This document shows, one piece after another, positions 23,801-35,800 of a DNA stretch of 64,000 bases. The notes below the pieces were generated by a model. That model was not told the DNA's origin. It saw only the letters and a list, made by a program, of their open reading frames with translations, and ran no database searches. The translations under genes and the position numbers were made by a program. How positions within the stretch are numbered: position 1 is the first letter of the stretch; each line of letters starts with the position of its first letter. The DNA lies in contig DF237398.1 of the NCBI GenBank assembly GCA_000708835.1, positions 12,188 to 76,187 of the forward strand, written 5' to 3'. Source of the DNA: Klebsormidium nitens. Its lineage: Eukaryota > Plantae > Klebsormidiophyceae.

Positions 23801-26800
23801 GAAAAGCTGAAAGTCGACGTCGCTGTCGATGTGGACGCCCGAAATTGACCACCGTCCGCCTTCCTCCCTGTCAAGGTGGTCCGTGTGGAGCGACATCCGC
23901 GACACGATCGACGCGTTCAAGAAGACGATGCCGCTTATCATCGACCTGCGCAACCCCGCCATGCGGCCGCGGCACTGGCAGCAGCTCATGGACGCCGTCG
24001 GCGCGCAGTTCGACCCCAACTCCGCGGCTTTCACGCTCGCCAAGGTGCGGGGAATGCTCAAACCTGCGCATTCTGTCGAGTCGTGCCAGTACAGTTGTTC
24101 AGTCACAGCCTTGGAGCAAAGGACTGGCTTTGCGGCAGATAGGGATAGTCGCTTCGATTCACAACGCCACAGATGTTCTTCGAGCTCCTAAGTGAGTTTT
24201 CCGTCGACTTTGCGGAATCACTAAGGTCCTGAAATACCCTAAAAACACTTCCCGATCCTGGAGCCGTGGCTTCCGGTCCATCGGAGGCTTTGGAGAAAAC
24301 GGCCGTCCCAACTTTCTTCAGAACTACCAGCGAGTCTCCAGCGCGAAACCTTTGCCCGCTTGCACAAGCAACGCGGCTGCGGCTGCACAGCGACGCTCAG
24401 ACACTTGTACCGAATTGAATCATACTCGAACAATCTGATACATGAACCGGCCCGACCCCCGAATCCTGAGCCCTAGACTGTAAATCCCGAACTGTCCGCG
24501 CGGCGCAGGTGACGGAGCTGCGTCTGGACATGCTCCCGGAGCCGGTGGGCGAGCTAAGCACCAGCAGCAGCAACTCAGATTCCCTCGAATCCAGAATCTG
24601 TAAAACCTCCAGATCCTTCGCGCGCCCAGGTGACAGGGTTGCGGCTGGACATGCACACGGAGCTGGTGGGCGAGCTTAGCACCAGCAGCAACAACGAGCA
24701 AATCTAATTGAGAAAGAATCCAATTGATATATAAACCTAAAATCGTCCAATTTCGCGCGCGCGCAGGTGACGGAGCTGCGGCTGGACATGCACGCGGAGC
24801 TGGTGGGCGAGCTGAGCACCAACAGCAGCAAGGAGATGGCCATCGAGCAGTCGCTCGCCGCGATCGCGGCCGCGTGGACCGACCTCGTGCTGGATATGGT
24901 GCCGTACAAGGAGACGCACAAGGGCGTCTACAAGCTGCGGGGCACGGAGGACGTCTTCGCGGCGCTGGAGGTGGGGGGATGACGTCATCCTGGCGTCAGC
25001 TCGGGTTTTGCGAGGTCTTCTTCTTTAGAGCTACTTACCTGCAAGAAGGGCCTTCGGGTTTGAATGATGGAGTAGATGATTGCAAGGAGGAAAGCGTCAA
25101 AAGGCGTCGCTATGCTGACGGTTCTGGGCGATGATTCAGAGAACGTCAGCAAGGACATCCGATCAGAAGCTGCCATCCAACTTGTGTGGTAATACTTCTT
25201 GACCTGAGCAGAAAATCTCAAGCATCTGTTCTCAAGTTTTGTGCGACAAGCCGAGGCGGACAACCACAGTAGATAGTCCCAGATGTCCGCGGCACAGAGT
25301 TCCTTCTTTGCTCTTTTCGGAACAAGGCCACGTCCCGACAGACTCTTGACAGACAGATTTTTGATACCTCTGGGTTTTTCGCCTCTCATTTGATGCGCAT
25401 GCGACGTCCGATCAATTCAGACCATCTCACCGAATTGAGCGAAGCTTCAGAGACTTGTCATGTACCAGAAAACAAAACCACTCCTCTCCCCCCCTCGCAG
25501 GACAACACGGTAACACTGTCCACCATGAAGGCCAGCCGCTTCTACCTAGCGTTTGAGAAGGAGCTGACGTACTGGGAAAAGTCGCTCGCCCACGTGTCCA
25601 ACACGATTGAGATGATCCTGCAAGTGCAGCGCCAGTGGATGTACCTGGAAAACATCTTTGTGGGCAGTGAGGATATTCGAAAACAGCTGCCCGGAGAGTC
25701 GGCCATGTTCGACTCCGTTAACACCGCGTTCGTCGAGGCGATGAAGGGCCTGTATGAGACCAAGAACGTGCTCAAAGGTGGGTCGTTAGATTGCTCTTGG
25801 TGTTTTGGAGAGACGGATTGGTCTTCTTATGGCACTTTGTAATGATGATAGGGGACTTCGTAGAGATCATATTCACTGCTGAAAGAAGCGTTTTACTTGG
25901 AAGCGTCAAAGACTGGTCTGGATACTCACACGGCTCCTCAATCCTTTCCACATGGTTTCAATCGTTGAAACAAAGGCACTACTGCTTTTCAAGCAAACTG
26001 CAAAGGACCCAAAGCTCCCCTAAACCATGTTGTCCCACGGCTACCGTGGTGCCGAGCGCTGCTGCAAGAAACGCGTCCGTTTTCCGGCCCCGTTCCGGCG
26101 GGCTCCGTCACATGACACCTGCTTTCACCATCCGCAGGCACGACGGCGCCGGGGCTGCTGGAGGGCCTGAACGACATGGACGGAAAACTAGAGCGGATCC
26201 AAAAGTCGCTCGAGAACTACCTGGAGAAGAAGCGGCAGCAATTCCCGCGCTTCTACTTCCTCTCCTCCGACGACCTGCTGGAGATCCTGGGCCAGGCCAA
26301 GGACCCGCTCAACGTCCAGGTGCGCGCGCGCGCGCGCGCGTTTTGTGCTCATAAGGCATTCAGGGGACTTGTGCGGTGTGCTGCGCTTTTTGTCTTGTGT
26401 GGCTCTGGAAACATTTCGCTTGCGAAGCGTAAGGTGTCTTAAGAAGCAGTGCATTCTCTGTGCGAGTCCGGGGACCAGCTTTGATAGTGCTTGACGACTA
26501 GGTATCCATTGTACTGCCAAATTTTCGTACTTCTGGCAAACGGAGCATACTGAAGACAATGATGGATCCCTGAGCACTGCGGTTCTCAACTCTGAATAAC
26601 CGGTTTGCAAGAGCTATTCACTCTTAAAGAGAAAGTCAATTGCCGGTACGCATAACATCAAATCCGAGCGATCGGTCTCCCTTACCTCTGCCCTCTCTTA
26701 CCGCAGCCGCATCTCAAGAAATGTTTCGAGGGGATCAAGAAGCTGGAGATGCACACCCCCGGCGCGGACGGGCGGCGCCACACGGAGGCGACCGGCATCT

Positions 26801-29800
26801 TCTCCCCCGACGGCGAGTACCTGCCGTTTTCGTCCCCGGTGATCACCGAGAGTCGCCCGGAGGAGTGGCTCAACAAAGTGGAGGCGGCCATGTTCGCGAC
26901 GACCAAGAAGCACCTGTTTAAAACGTTAGAGGAGAGCCGCGGGAGCAAGAAGGAGAAGTGGCTCAAGGACAACCCGGGCCAGTGCGTTATCACGGCGGGC
27001 CAAGTGGGTGCTGGGACAGAATTCGTGACTTTGTACAGAGGACCTGAAATTAGCATGACACACAAGTTTGAGGTCAATGTGGTGAAAAGCTACAGGTATC
27101 TAGACTTTCGAATTGATACTGTCGCCGAGCAGCGCAATTTGCTATCACAGAGGGTAATCAGCGTTACGCGGGCGCTTTCTTTGCTGCTTGAGATCAGACG
27201 CCTTCTGACTCATTCTGTTTTATCCTTTTCAGGGTTCACGATTTTAAAATTTTTGAGCTTTGTGCCCCATCTTTGCCACATGGATGTTAACTCGTGAACT
27301 ACTGGGTATGAAGAAGACGGTTCTGTTGCCTTCCCTCCTAGGCTTTTGGATTCGACATCGTCTTATTCTCGTTGTTCGTGCCATGTGCAGATCGTGTGGA
27401 CTAACGAGTGCGAGCGCGCGCTCGCGGACCCCGAGAACAGCCGCGCCGCGCTGAAGCTGCTGAAGAAGAAGTGGGTCAGCTACCTCAACAAGCTGACGGC
27501 CGTCACGCGCAGCAAGCTCTCCAAGATCGACCGCCTCAAGGTGGGGAGTCTGACAGACACAAGCCAAGTTTTTCCAACCTGCCTATATTCTGCTTATTTT
27601 GGCCTTCAAGTCGCTGCAAAGCAGAAGAAGCCAGTTCGACATAACACTTTTATGCGCATGTGAAACTCTGGCCAATGCAAAGTCCCCATGACCCGATTCG
27701 GGCCCCTAACTTGGGCTGCGAAGAAGAAGGTTGGGAAACTCTGCAGATCTGTTACGCTGATATCTTGCGTGTAGTGAAGCCGGCAACAGAAGAAGGACTC
27801 TAGTAGTACGTTTAACTTTGCATTAGAATAGAAGTCCAAATTAGAAGCTCACGTCTGCTGACGTGTGCAGACGGTGTCGCTGATCACGATCGAGGTGCAC
27901 GCGCGCGACGTGATCGAAAAGCTGGGCAAGGTGGGCTGCTCCAGCCCCAACGACTTTGAGTGGGCGTCGCAGCTGCGCTTCTACTGGGACAAGGACGCCA
28001 ACGACTGCATCATCAAGCAGGCGAGTTGCCTTGATTCTTTTAAACCCCCAAAGTTGCGGATCCTCCACTGCACCCAAACAACTTAGTCACCAGTTCGAGG
28101 AAATTTCGTGTACATAGATCATTCTGGCAGCAATGCCAAGAGGAAGTCAGAAACTGGGACATAGAAAGCGAGCCTCCGTAACACGGCCTTGACTGCATTG
28201 CTAAGTAGCCTAGCATCAAAAATTTGACCGCAACCTTCAGCTCCAACACCAGATCTTGACTCTTATACAGTGTTTGGGCCCTCTGCAAAGCTCCGCGTAC
28301 ACAGCAGGGGTCCAACCATTTACAGGCTTCATCTTGCAGCCTTACAGCTTTATACAACTTTTTCGAACGTCTTCGGGTTAAAACGCAAATCGCAAGCTGT
28401 CTTAACCCATAGTTTTCTCGCGCAGGTCTTGTCGGTGTTCGTCTACGGTTACGAGTATCAGGGCAACAACGGTCGTCTGGTCATCACCCCCCTGACGGAC
28501 AGGTGGGAGGCTTTCCGGTTACCTGAACTGCTTTTTCGTTGCAAAGCAGGGCGCAAAACCTGCTCCTCGGGATCCCCCGATGTCTGTTGCTGTAGATTGT
28601 TTCCGTCCGCATCTTCCATGCTGGCCTAGCCTATAACGACGCCCCAGATCTACTTCGTTCACTGGTTCGTGGACCCTGTTGATGCGTTTGTTGGATATCG
28701 GCTTTTTCAATCTGGGGCGCATGAAGCATGGCCAATGATGATCATTCTGTACCTTCAGGTGTTACATGACACTGGGAGCCGCGCTCTTCACCAGACGAGG
28801 CGGCAATCCGCTGGGCCCCGCCGGAACCGGGAAGACAGAGACCGTCAAGGACTTTGGAAAGGCTCTCGCGAGGTGGGCTGCTACCAGAACTTTATAACTG
28901 CTTCTTATGTAACATAGGGGTTTTTGCCCGGGTTTGATGGTCGTACTTAAAAGCTGGTCCTTTCTGTCTGGCTTGAAATTTTCGGTGTTAGCTAGTCAAT
29001 TGGACCGGGCACGGCGCGCATATCTGGCGCGCGCGCGAGCGAGCGATCGGGGCCGCCTAATTCTCCCTCTTTTGTTGACCCAGGTACGTGATCGTGTTCA
29101 ACTGCTCGGACGGCGTGGACTACAAGATGACGGGCAAGATGTTCTCGGGGCTCGCGCAGACGGGCGCCTGGGCCTGCCTCGACGAATTCAACCGTATTGA
29201 GGTCGAGGTGAGCGCCGACGTTCTGCGTGCTTGTGACCGCGTCTTCCTCTGCAGCCACTGAAATCTTTGCAGCAGAGTTGGGTTAAGTAGGCAGAGCATC
29301 ACTTTCTTGAGATTATATACTGCTACAATAGCTATTCGGCACTCCCTGCCGCAGGCTGTGCGTTTCAATACCGTTGAGAAGGGGCGGTTCTCTGCCAGAT
29401 TTAGATTGCGGCGATCAACGGTTCCCCGTAATAAAACCCTCTAGTAAGTGCACGAGAAAGCTTCCAGTTGCCGCATCGAAAGCCGCGTACAGTCTCTTGA
29501 TAAAGAGCCGCTTCTAAAGCGGCCCCCCTCAAACTGAAATTTCCGTTTCCTATGCAGGTGCTCTCCGTGGTGGCTTCTCAGATCTCGTGCGTCATGGGCG
29601 CCATCAAGGCCGGCGTTCCGCGCTTCGTGTTCGAGGGGACGGAAATCCGGCTCATCCCGACGTGCGGAATCTTCGTGACCATGAACCCCGGCTACGCCGG
29701 ACGGTCCGAGCTGCCGGACAATTTGAAGGCCATGCTGCGTCCGGTGTCCATGATGGTCCCCGACTTTACGCTGATCGCGGAGATCATGATGTTCTCCGAG

Positions 29801-32800
29801 GGCTTCCAGTCCGCCAAGGTGAGGCCTCTGCGAGGTTTTGCCCTCAGGCTCACATGAAGTTCGTTTTAGAAAGCAGAGAACTAGAAGAGGCGGGGTTTCA
29901 CTTCTCCAGTGTAATTTCAATAGCGGTTCGTTTCGATTGAGCTGCAGCTGATCCATGGTGCCAGAAAAATTCGAAAGTCTCGAAACTCTAGCCTCCACAA
30001 ATTCTCTCGTGGAACAATATTTACCTCTTCGAAACCAATCGACCCCACCGTGAACCCTGACCTTCAGATTCTGGTCAAGACGTTCACTTTCATCCTGGGT
30101 ATCCAGCCAGCACTAGCTGTGTTCAATGCCACTTCTTGTAGGTTTCATCTGATTCCGCCATTGCGCCCACCTTAGAAGCTTCATAATTTCTACTAACCGC
30201 TTCCCAAACCCCCGTTGTCCAGATCTTGGCCAAGAAGATGATTGCGATCATGGAGCTGAGCCAGCAGCAGCTGTCGAAGCAGGACCACTACGACTACGGC
30301 CTGCGCTCCTTCGTCATCCCCATCAGCCGCGCCGCGGGCGCCATGAAGCGGACGGACCCGGACGCGTCCGAAGAGGTGAGAGCGTCCGAACTCAGGACAC
30401 TTTCCAGGGTGTATTTTGCCACGATTTCAGAATTCTGGGGTCTTGGGTCAGAAAGCTATAGAAGGCCTTTCTGATTGCGCGGCTGACTTCCTTGTCGTTG
30501 CTAAAGGATCCTAACGAGCTTGTGAGAGAAAAGAGACTGAAGTGCGTTTAAGGAGGGTGATCTTTACCGGAGCAGCGAAACCGTGCTATGTGGATATGAT
30601 GGTAATGCAATGTGAAAGGAAACAGAATCACTAAAACAAAGGTAGATGCCACCCTAAGAACCGTTACTGGAAGGGGGCGGAAGCGGAAAGCCCTAGACGC
30701 GCGTGTCAGCGGTGTAACTTTTCAAAACGGAAAAGTCAACTTTGTTTTCAGTCGCTTTCAATGAGCGCTCTATTTGCCGCCCCCAGGTGATCATGTACCG
30801 CACGATGAAGGACCTGATCATGCCCAAGCTGGTGTACACCGACCTGCCGCTCTTCATGAGCTTGCTTTCCGACCTGTTCCCGGGGGTCGAGATCGCCGCT
30901 GTGGACGGGGGGGCACTCCGGAGAGCGCTCGAGGAAGAGCTGCTCGCCGCGGGGCTGCAGGTCGTGCCTGCGTTCGTCACCAAAATCATTCAGGTGCGTC
31001 AGCAGAGCTGTTTGATACCGGACCTCCACATAGGACCATATGCAGGAATAATCGGATCGATGCATAGGGGCGATGATTTGAAGGTCAGAAAAGACTGTAG
31101 TGCTTTTTTGACAGTGGATTCACCGGTCGGAAACTGGTTCTCTGAAGAAGGAAGCCCCCGAACTGCAATGCTGACCAAAACTTGCCTCCAGGGGATAAAT
31201 TGGTTCCCATAATAAATGTTCAGCGTAGCTTTCTATGTCTCTGAGTAGCTCTCACTTATGCGTAAGTAGCGTCTTGGGTTCTCTACTCTGGCTTCGAACA
31301 GTATACTCGCCTATACATTGCAGTTTTCGGGTTCCATGATTTCGATTTCCCTGCTCGTTGAATACTTCCCTGTAGAAGAAGAGTTGATGGAACAAGTGAT
31401 CGAAGAATTCCCCTGAGAGACTACTCTCAGCAAGGAATCTACGTACGTGCCAGCTGCTCACTCTTACCGGCGACCTCCTTTTCCAGATCTACGACTGCAA
31501 GGTCGCCCGCCACGGCAACATGATCGTGGGCAAGACCGGCTCCGGCAAGTCGGAGGCCTGGAAGTGCCTCACGCGCGCGATGGCGCGCCTCAAAAAAGAA
31601 GGCCTCGAAGACTTCGAGCGCGTCCACGTATACCCCATAAACCCGCTCGCGCTCAGCAACAACGAGCTGTACGGGGCCTTTGACGAGGCGACGCACGAGT
31701 GGACGGACGGAATCCTCGCGCGCATCATGCGCGAGGTGTGCAAGGACGAGAGCTCGGACCAGAAGTGGATCCTGTTCGACGGGCCGGTGGATACGCTATG
31801 GATCGAGAGCATGAATACGCTGCTGGACGACAACAAGCTGCTGACGCTGCTGAGCGGGGAGCGCATATCCATGCCGGCGCAGGTGGGCAGTCTTTGGAGT
31901 TTTAACATTAGGTCTGGAACAGTCTTGCAGCTCGTTATACTTCCAATGACCCCTGAAGTTCAGGTTTCGTGCGACTTAGTGAAACTTCGTCATCACGCTG
32001 GGCAGCTCCAGCGTTTTGAGATCCCCCAACGACGTACTGTTTCAAGGTTTTACGTCCTGAATTGGGCGGATCCCAGTGTTTCCGCTTCAAACTCCAGTTT
32101 CAGATGCAGGGCTTGGAGAAAACATACAGGGCTTCGCTTTACTAGGATCCAGGACTACGAGAGAATCACGCGGCTTTCTCATCCATGAAATGCTCCAAAC
32201 TGCTTCTGCACAAACACGTCACTTTCCGTCTCGTTGAGCCTTTCCCGATAATTCAACTGCTGACCAACCCATTTGTCACCCGACGCATTCCTCTGGGCAG
32301 GTATCCATTCTGTTCGAGGTGGAGGACTTGTCTCAGGCATCCCCGGCCACAGTCTCCCGGGCGGGCATGATCTACCTCAACGTGGAGGACCTCGGCTGGT
32401 GGCCCTACGTGACGTCATGGCTCCAGAAGAAGCAGGCCGCCGGCGCGGACCAGGTTCTAGTGGACACGCTCAAGGTGCGCGCGCGCTTACGTTACAAGTT
32501 TGGAACCGATTCTTGTCGAAGCGGATCAGAAACTGTCTATGACCGCGTAGGCAGCTCAAAAAAGCAGTATTAGAAAGCAAGCTTTGTCGGATACTCAAAC
32601 GTTGCAGCAACGAAGTTCTCCTTCAAGCGCCCTGAAGTAGGGTGATGGATTCTTATAAGTCGCCTGCGGATGCCGCGATACCGTTGCCACTGAAGCCCAC
32701 ACTTGCTCTCTGATGTGCGCGCCTAACCCCTCTGCTAACCACCTCCCTAATCCTCTTCTCACAGCGCATGATGGAGAAGTACGTCGAGGCCACGTCCGAG

Positions 32801-35800
32801 TTCCGCCGCCGCGAGTGCCGCGAAACCGTGCCCATCGATAGGCTCAACGGAGTCGTCTCCCTCTGCACGCTTTTCGACGCGCTCGCGACGGCCGAGAACG
32901 GCGTCGCGGCCGTGGAGGGCGATCACTACGTGCCGATGATCGAGCTGTGGTTCCTGTTCAGTCTCATCTGGAGCTTGGGCGCGAGCGTGGACGAGGACGG
33001 GCGCAAAAAGTTCGACATGTTCCTCAAGGAGCAGGACGCGCGGTGAGGCGGCCGCGGGGTGGCTTCTAATTTAAGCGTTTGAGAAGGGTTTAGGCGTTTG
33101 TAACTTGGGGGTTGTAGATTGCGCGTTCAGGTCAAAGTACCGACCGTCTCAGACGGAGAGAGCTTCCGTTGAAACCTGCTCTGGTACGGTGGGATGCTTG
33201 CAGCATGACCTCCGCATGCGTAATCCAGACGTTGGTGTCATGTTCCGTTTAATAACAGAAGTTCACAAAACTTTGTCCCAGATTGCCTCGAGTGTACCCT
33301 TTTATGGAATTCCAGCACTTCGTAGCAAATGAAATTTACAATTCTTACCACACGCATCAAGTGTTGAGGTCAAAAAACTTTCATCCTTATTAAGACCATG
33401 TTCCAAGCGCTAAGCCCCACAGAATTGAAACCCTAGTTTTCCGCCGTCCGCAGCTTCCCGACGTCCGAGACGGTGTACGAATATTTCGTGGACCCGAAGC
33501 GCCACGGGTGGGCCCCCTGGGAAGAGAAGCTGTCCGCCAACTTCCGGCCCGCGCCCGACGCGCCCTTCTTCAAGATCGTCGTCCCGACGGTCGACACGCG
33601 GCGTACGGAATACGTCCTGCGCGCGCTCGTGCTCGCGAACAGGCACGCGCTCGTCGTCGGCAACGTGGGCGTCGGCAAAACCCTGATCGTGCAGGGGGTT
33701 TTAGGCGCGCTCCCCGAGGGCCGCGCCGCGATGACGATCAACTTTAGCGCCCAGACTAGTTCAAATAGTCTGCAGGACACGATCGAGGGACGGTTAGAAA
33801 AGCGGACGAAGGGGGTGTTTGCGCCCGCCGGGGGGAAACGGCTAGCGTGCTTTATTGATGATCTGAACATGCCGAAGAAGAGCCAGTTCGGGTTCATGCC
33901 GCCGCTGGAGTTGTTGAAGCTGTGGGTGGACAACGGGTTCTGGTACGACCGGCAGAAGCAGGAGGTGAAGCAGATCAAGGACATGCAGGTGGGCTCGCAG
34001 TCTTGACTTCTACGTTGAGATCTGATTCCTTTCATGTTTGGGATGTGAAAGTTCTGTAAAACTAAATTTCTGGGCCATCAAGGGTCTACGAAACCTGTCC
34101 ATCGGACCCTGGAGTCAATGAACAGAGTCTTACAGGCTGTCTCTGTCGTTCAAGCTCAGTTTGCTAGGCTCTATGCTATGCTTGATACCGTAAGGCAACT
34201 ACCGGTAGTATTTACCGTTGCTAGCCTTGTGATAAAGCAGAGACGAACTTCATGTTCCGTGTCATGTGAAAGCCCACATAGCAGCCAACTTACCAGGCCT
34301 TTGTTACGTGTCACAAGCCATTGGAGTCGCAAATCAAGGTTGACAGGTTTCTCCCCATTCCTTTCCCCCTGCAGCTCCTGGCGGCGATGGCCCCCCCCGG
34401 CGGCGGGCGCAACGCGTTCGGCCCTTTTTTCACCGCTCTTGAAGCTGCTACATCCTAGCAAAAACAATCTCCAAACAATTGCAACTCTTCGAAAACCCCC
34501 CCTTTTTTCCCCGCAGCTCCTGGCGGCGATGGCCCCCCCCGGCGGCGGCCGCAACGCGTTCAGCCAGCGCGTGCAGGCGTGCTTCTCGCTCGTAAACGTG
34601 ACCGCCCCGAGCGACGCGCAACTGAAGCGCATCTTTGGGACCATGGTCAACGCCAAGCTCGCCGACTTTGCTGACGACATCAAGCCCATGGGTGACGCAC
34701 TCACGCAGGCGTCGATCGAGGTGTACAACACGATCACGGCGGAGCTGCTGCCGACGCCCAGCAAGAGCCACTACCTGTTCAACATCAGGGACCTGGCAAA
34801 GGTGGGTAGAATGAGTGTGACGCGCTAGAAGGTTGCAATGTCAGGAATCTATCCAAGTTTGCCATCACCTTATCGATACGCTTAGAATCGAAATCAGTAC
34901 TATAGGCAGCTTGCGGAGTGTGTTGTTTACTGAACTGCTCCCGGAACCGAAATAAAGTCCTTTCAAGTTTCTGCAGCCTTGGAATCGGTCCTTTTGGCGG
35001 TGAACTGAATTTGCACAGAACTGGGTTTCCAGAGTGACTGTCAACTTGATTGGTAAGTTCAATGAGCGCAGAGGCCCTGTAAAACGGAGGCTCAGATTAG
35101 AACGCCTCGTATGTTCGCTTCTCGCAGGTGGTACAGGGCCTCCTGCAGGCCTCGCGCGGCTACTACGACAGCAGGGAGTCCATGCTCCAGCTCTGGTGCC
35201 ACGAGTGCTTCCGCATTTTCGGCGACCGCATGTGGGACAAGGGCGACAAAGCATGGCTCCAGAACCAGCTCAACGGTCGCCTCATCGCCGCCTTTTCCAC
35301 CGACTGGAAGGCGATCAACGGGGACGGGGCCATGCAGCCGTTCGTCAGTTTCATGCGACCGGTAGAGAATCCCCCGTACGAACCGGTCGCAGATTTCCCG
35401 GCCCTGAAAGAGGTGCTCCAGACTAAGATGGAAGACTACGGACTAGAGCCCGGGGCGAAAGTTATGGATTTGGTCTTGTTCCGAGACGCGCTGGACCACG
35501 TGTGCCGGATCCACCGGGTGCTCATGCAGCCACGTGGCAACGCGCTGTTGGTCGGCGTGGGCGGGAGCGGGCGGAAGAGCCTGGCGCGGCTGGCGGCATA
35601 CGTCGCAGAGCTCAAGGTGAGCAGAATCGTCCAAAAAAGTTGCTCAATAAGCCAAATACTACATGTTTGGAACGAGGGTGAATCTTCTCAGATTCAGCTT
35701 GCCTGGCTAAGTACACCCTGTAACCCCGTTAACCCGTAACCCGGTACGGTTAAGGATGTTTCTTTGCGTAGGCGCAGATCCCTCGTCTCTAAGAAAGGGC

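Noticed and set aside
30064-30080. Possible additional acceptor echo of exon 31 (CAGATTCTGGTCAAGA versus CAGATCTTGGCCAAGA)
   Set aside because: Only about 13 of 16 nt match, too short to separate from chance; not counted.
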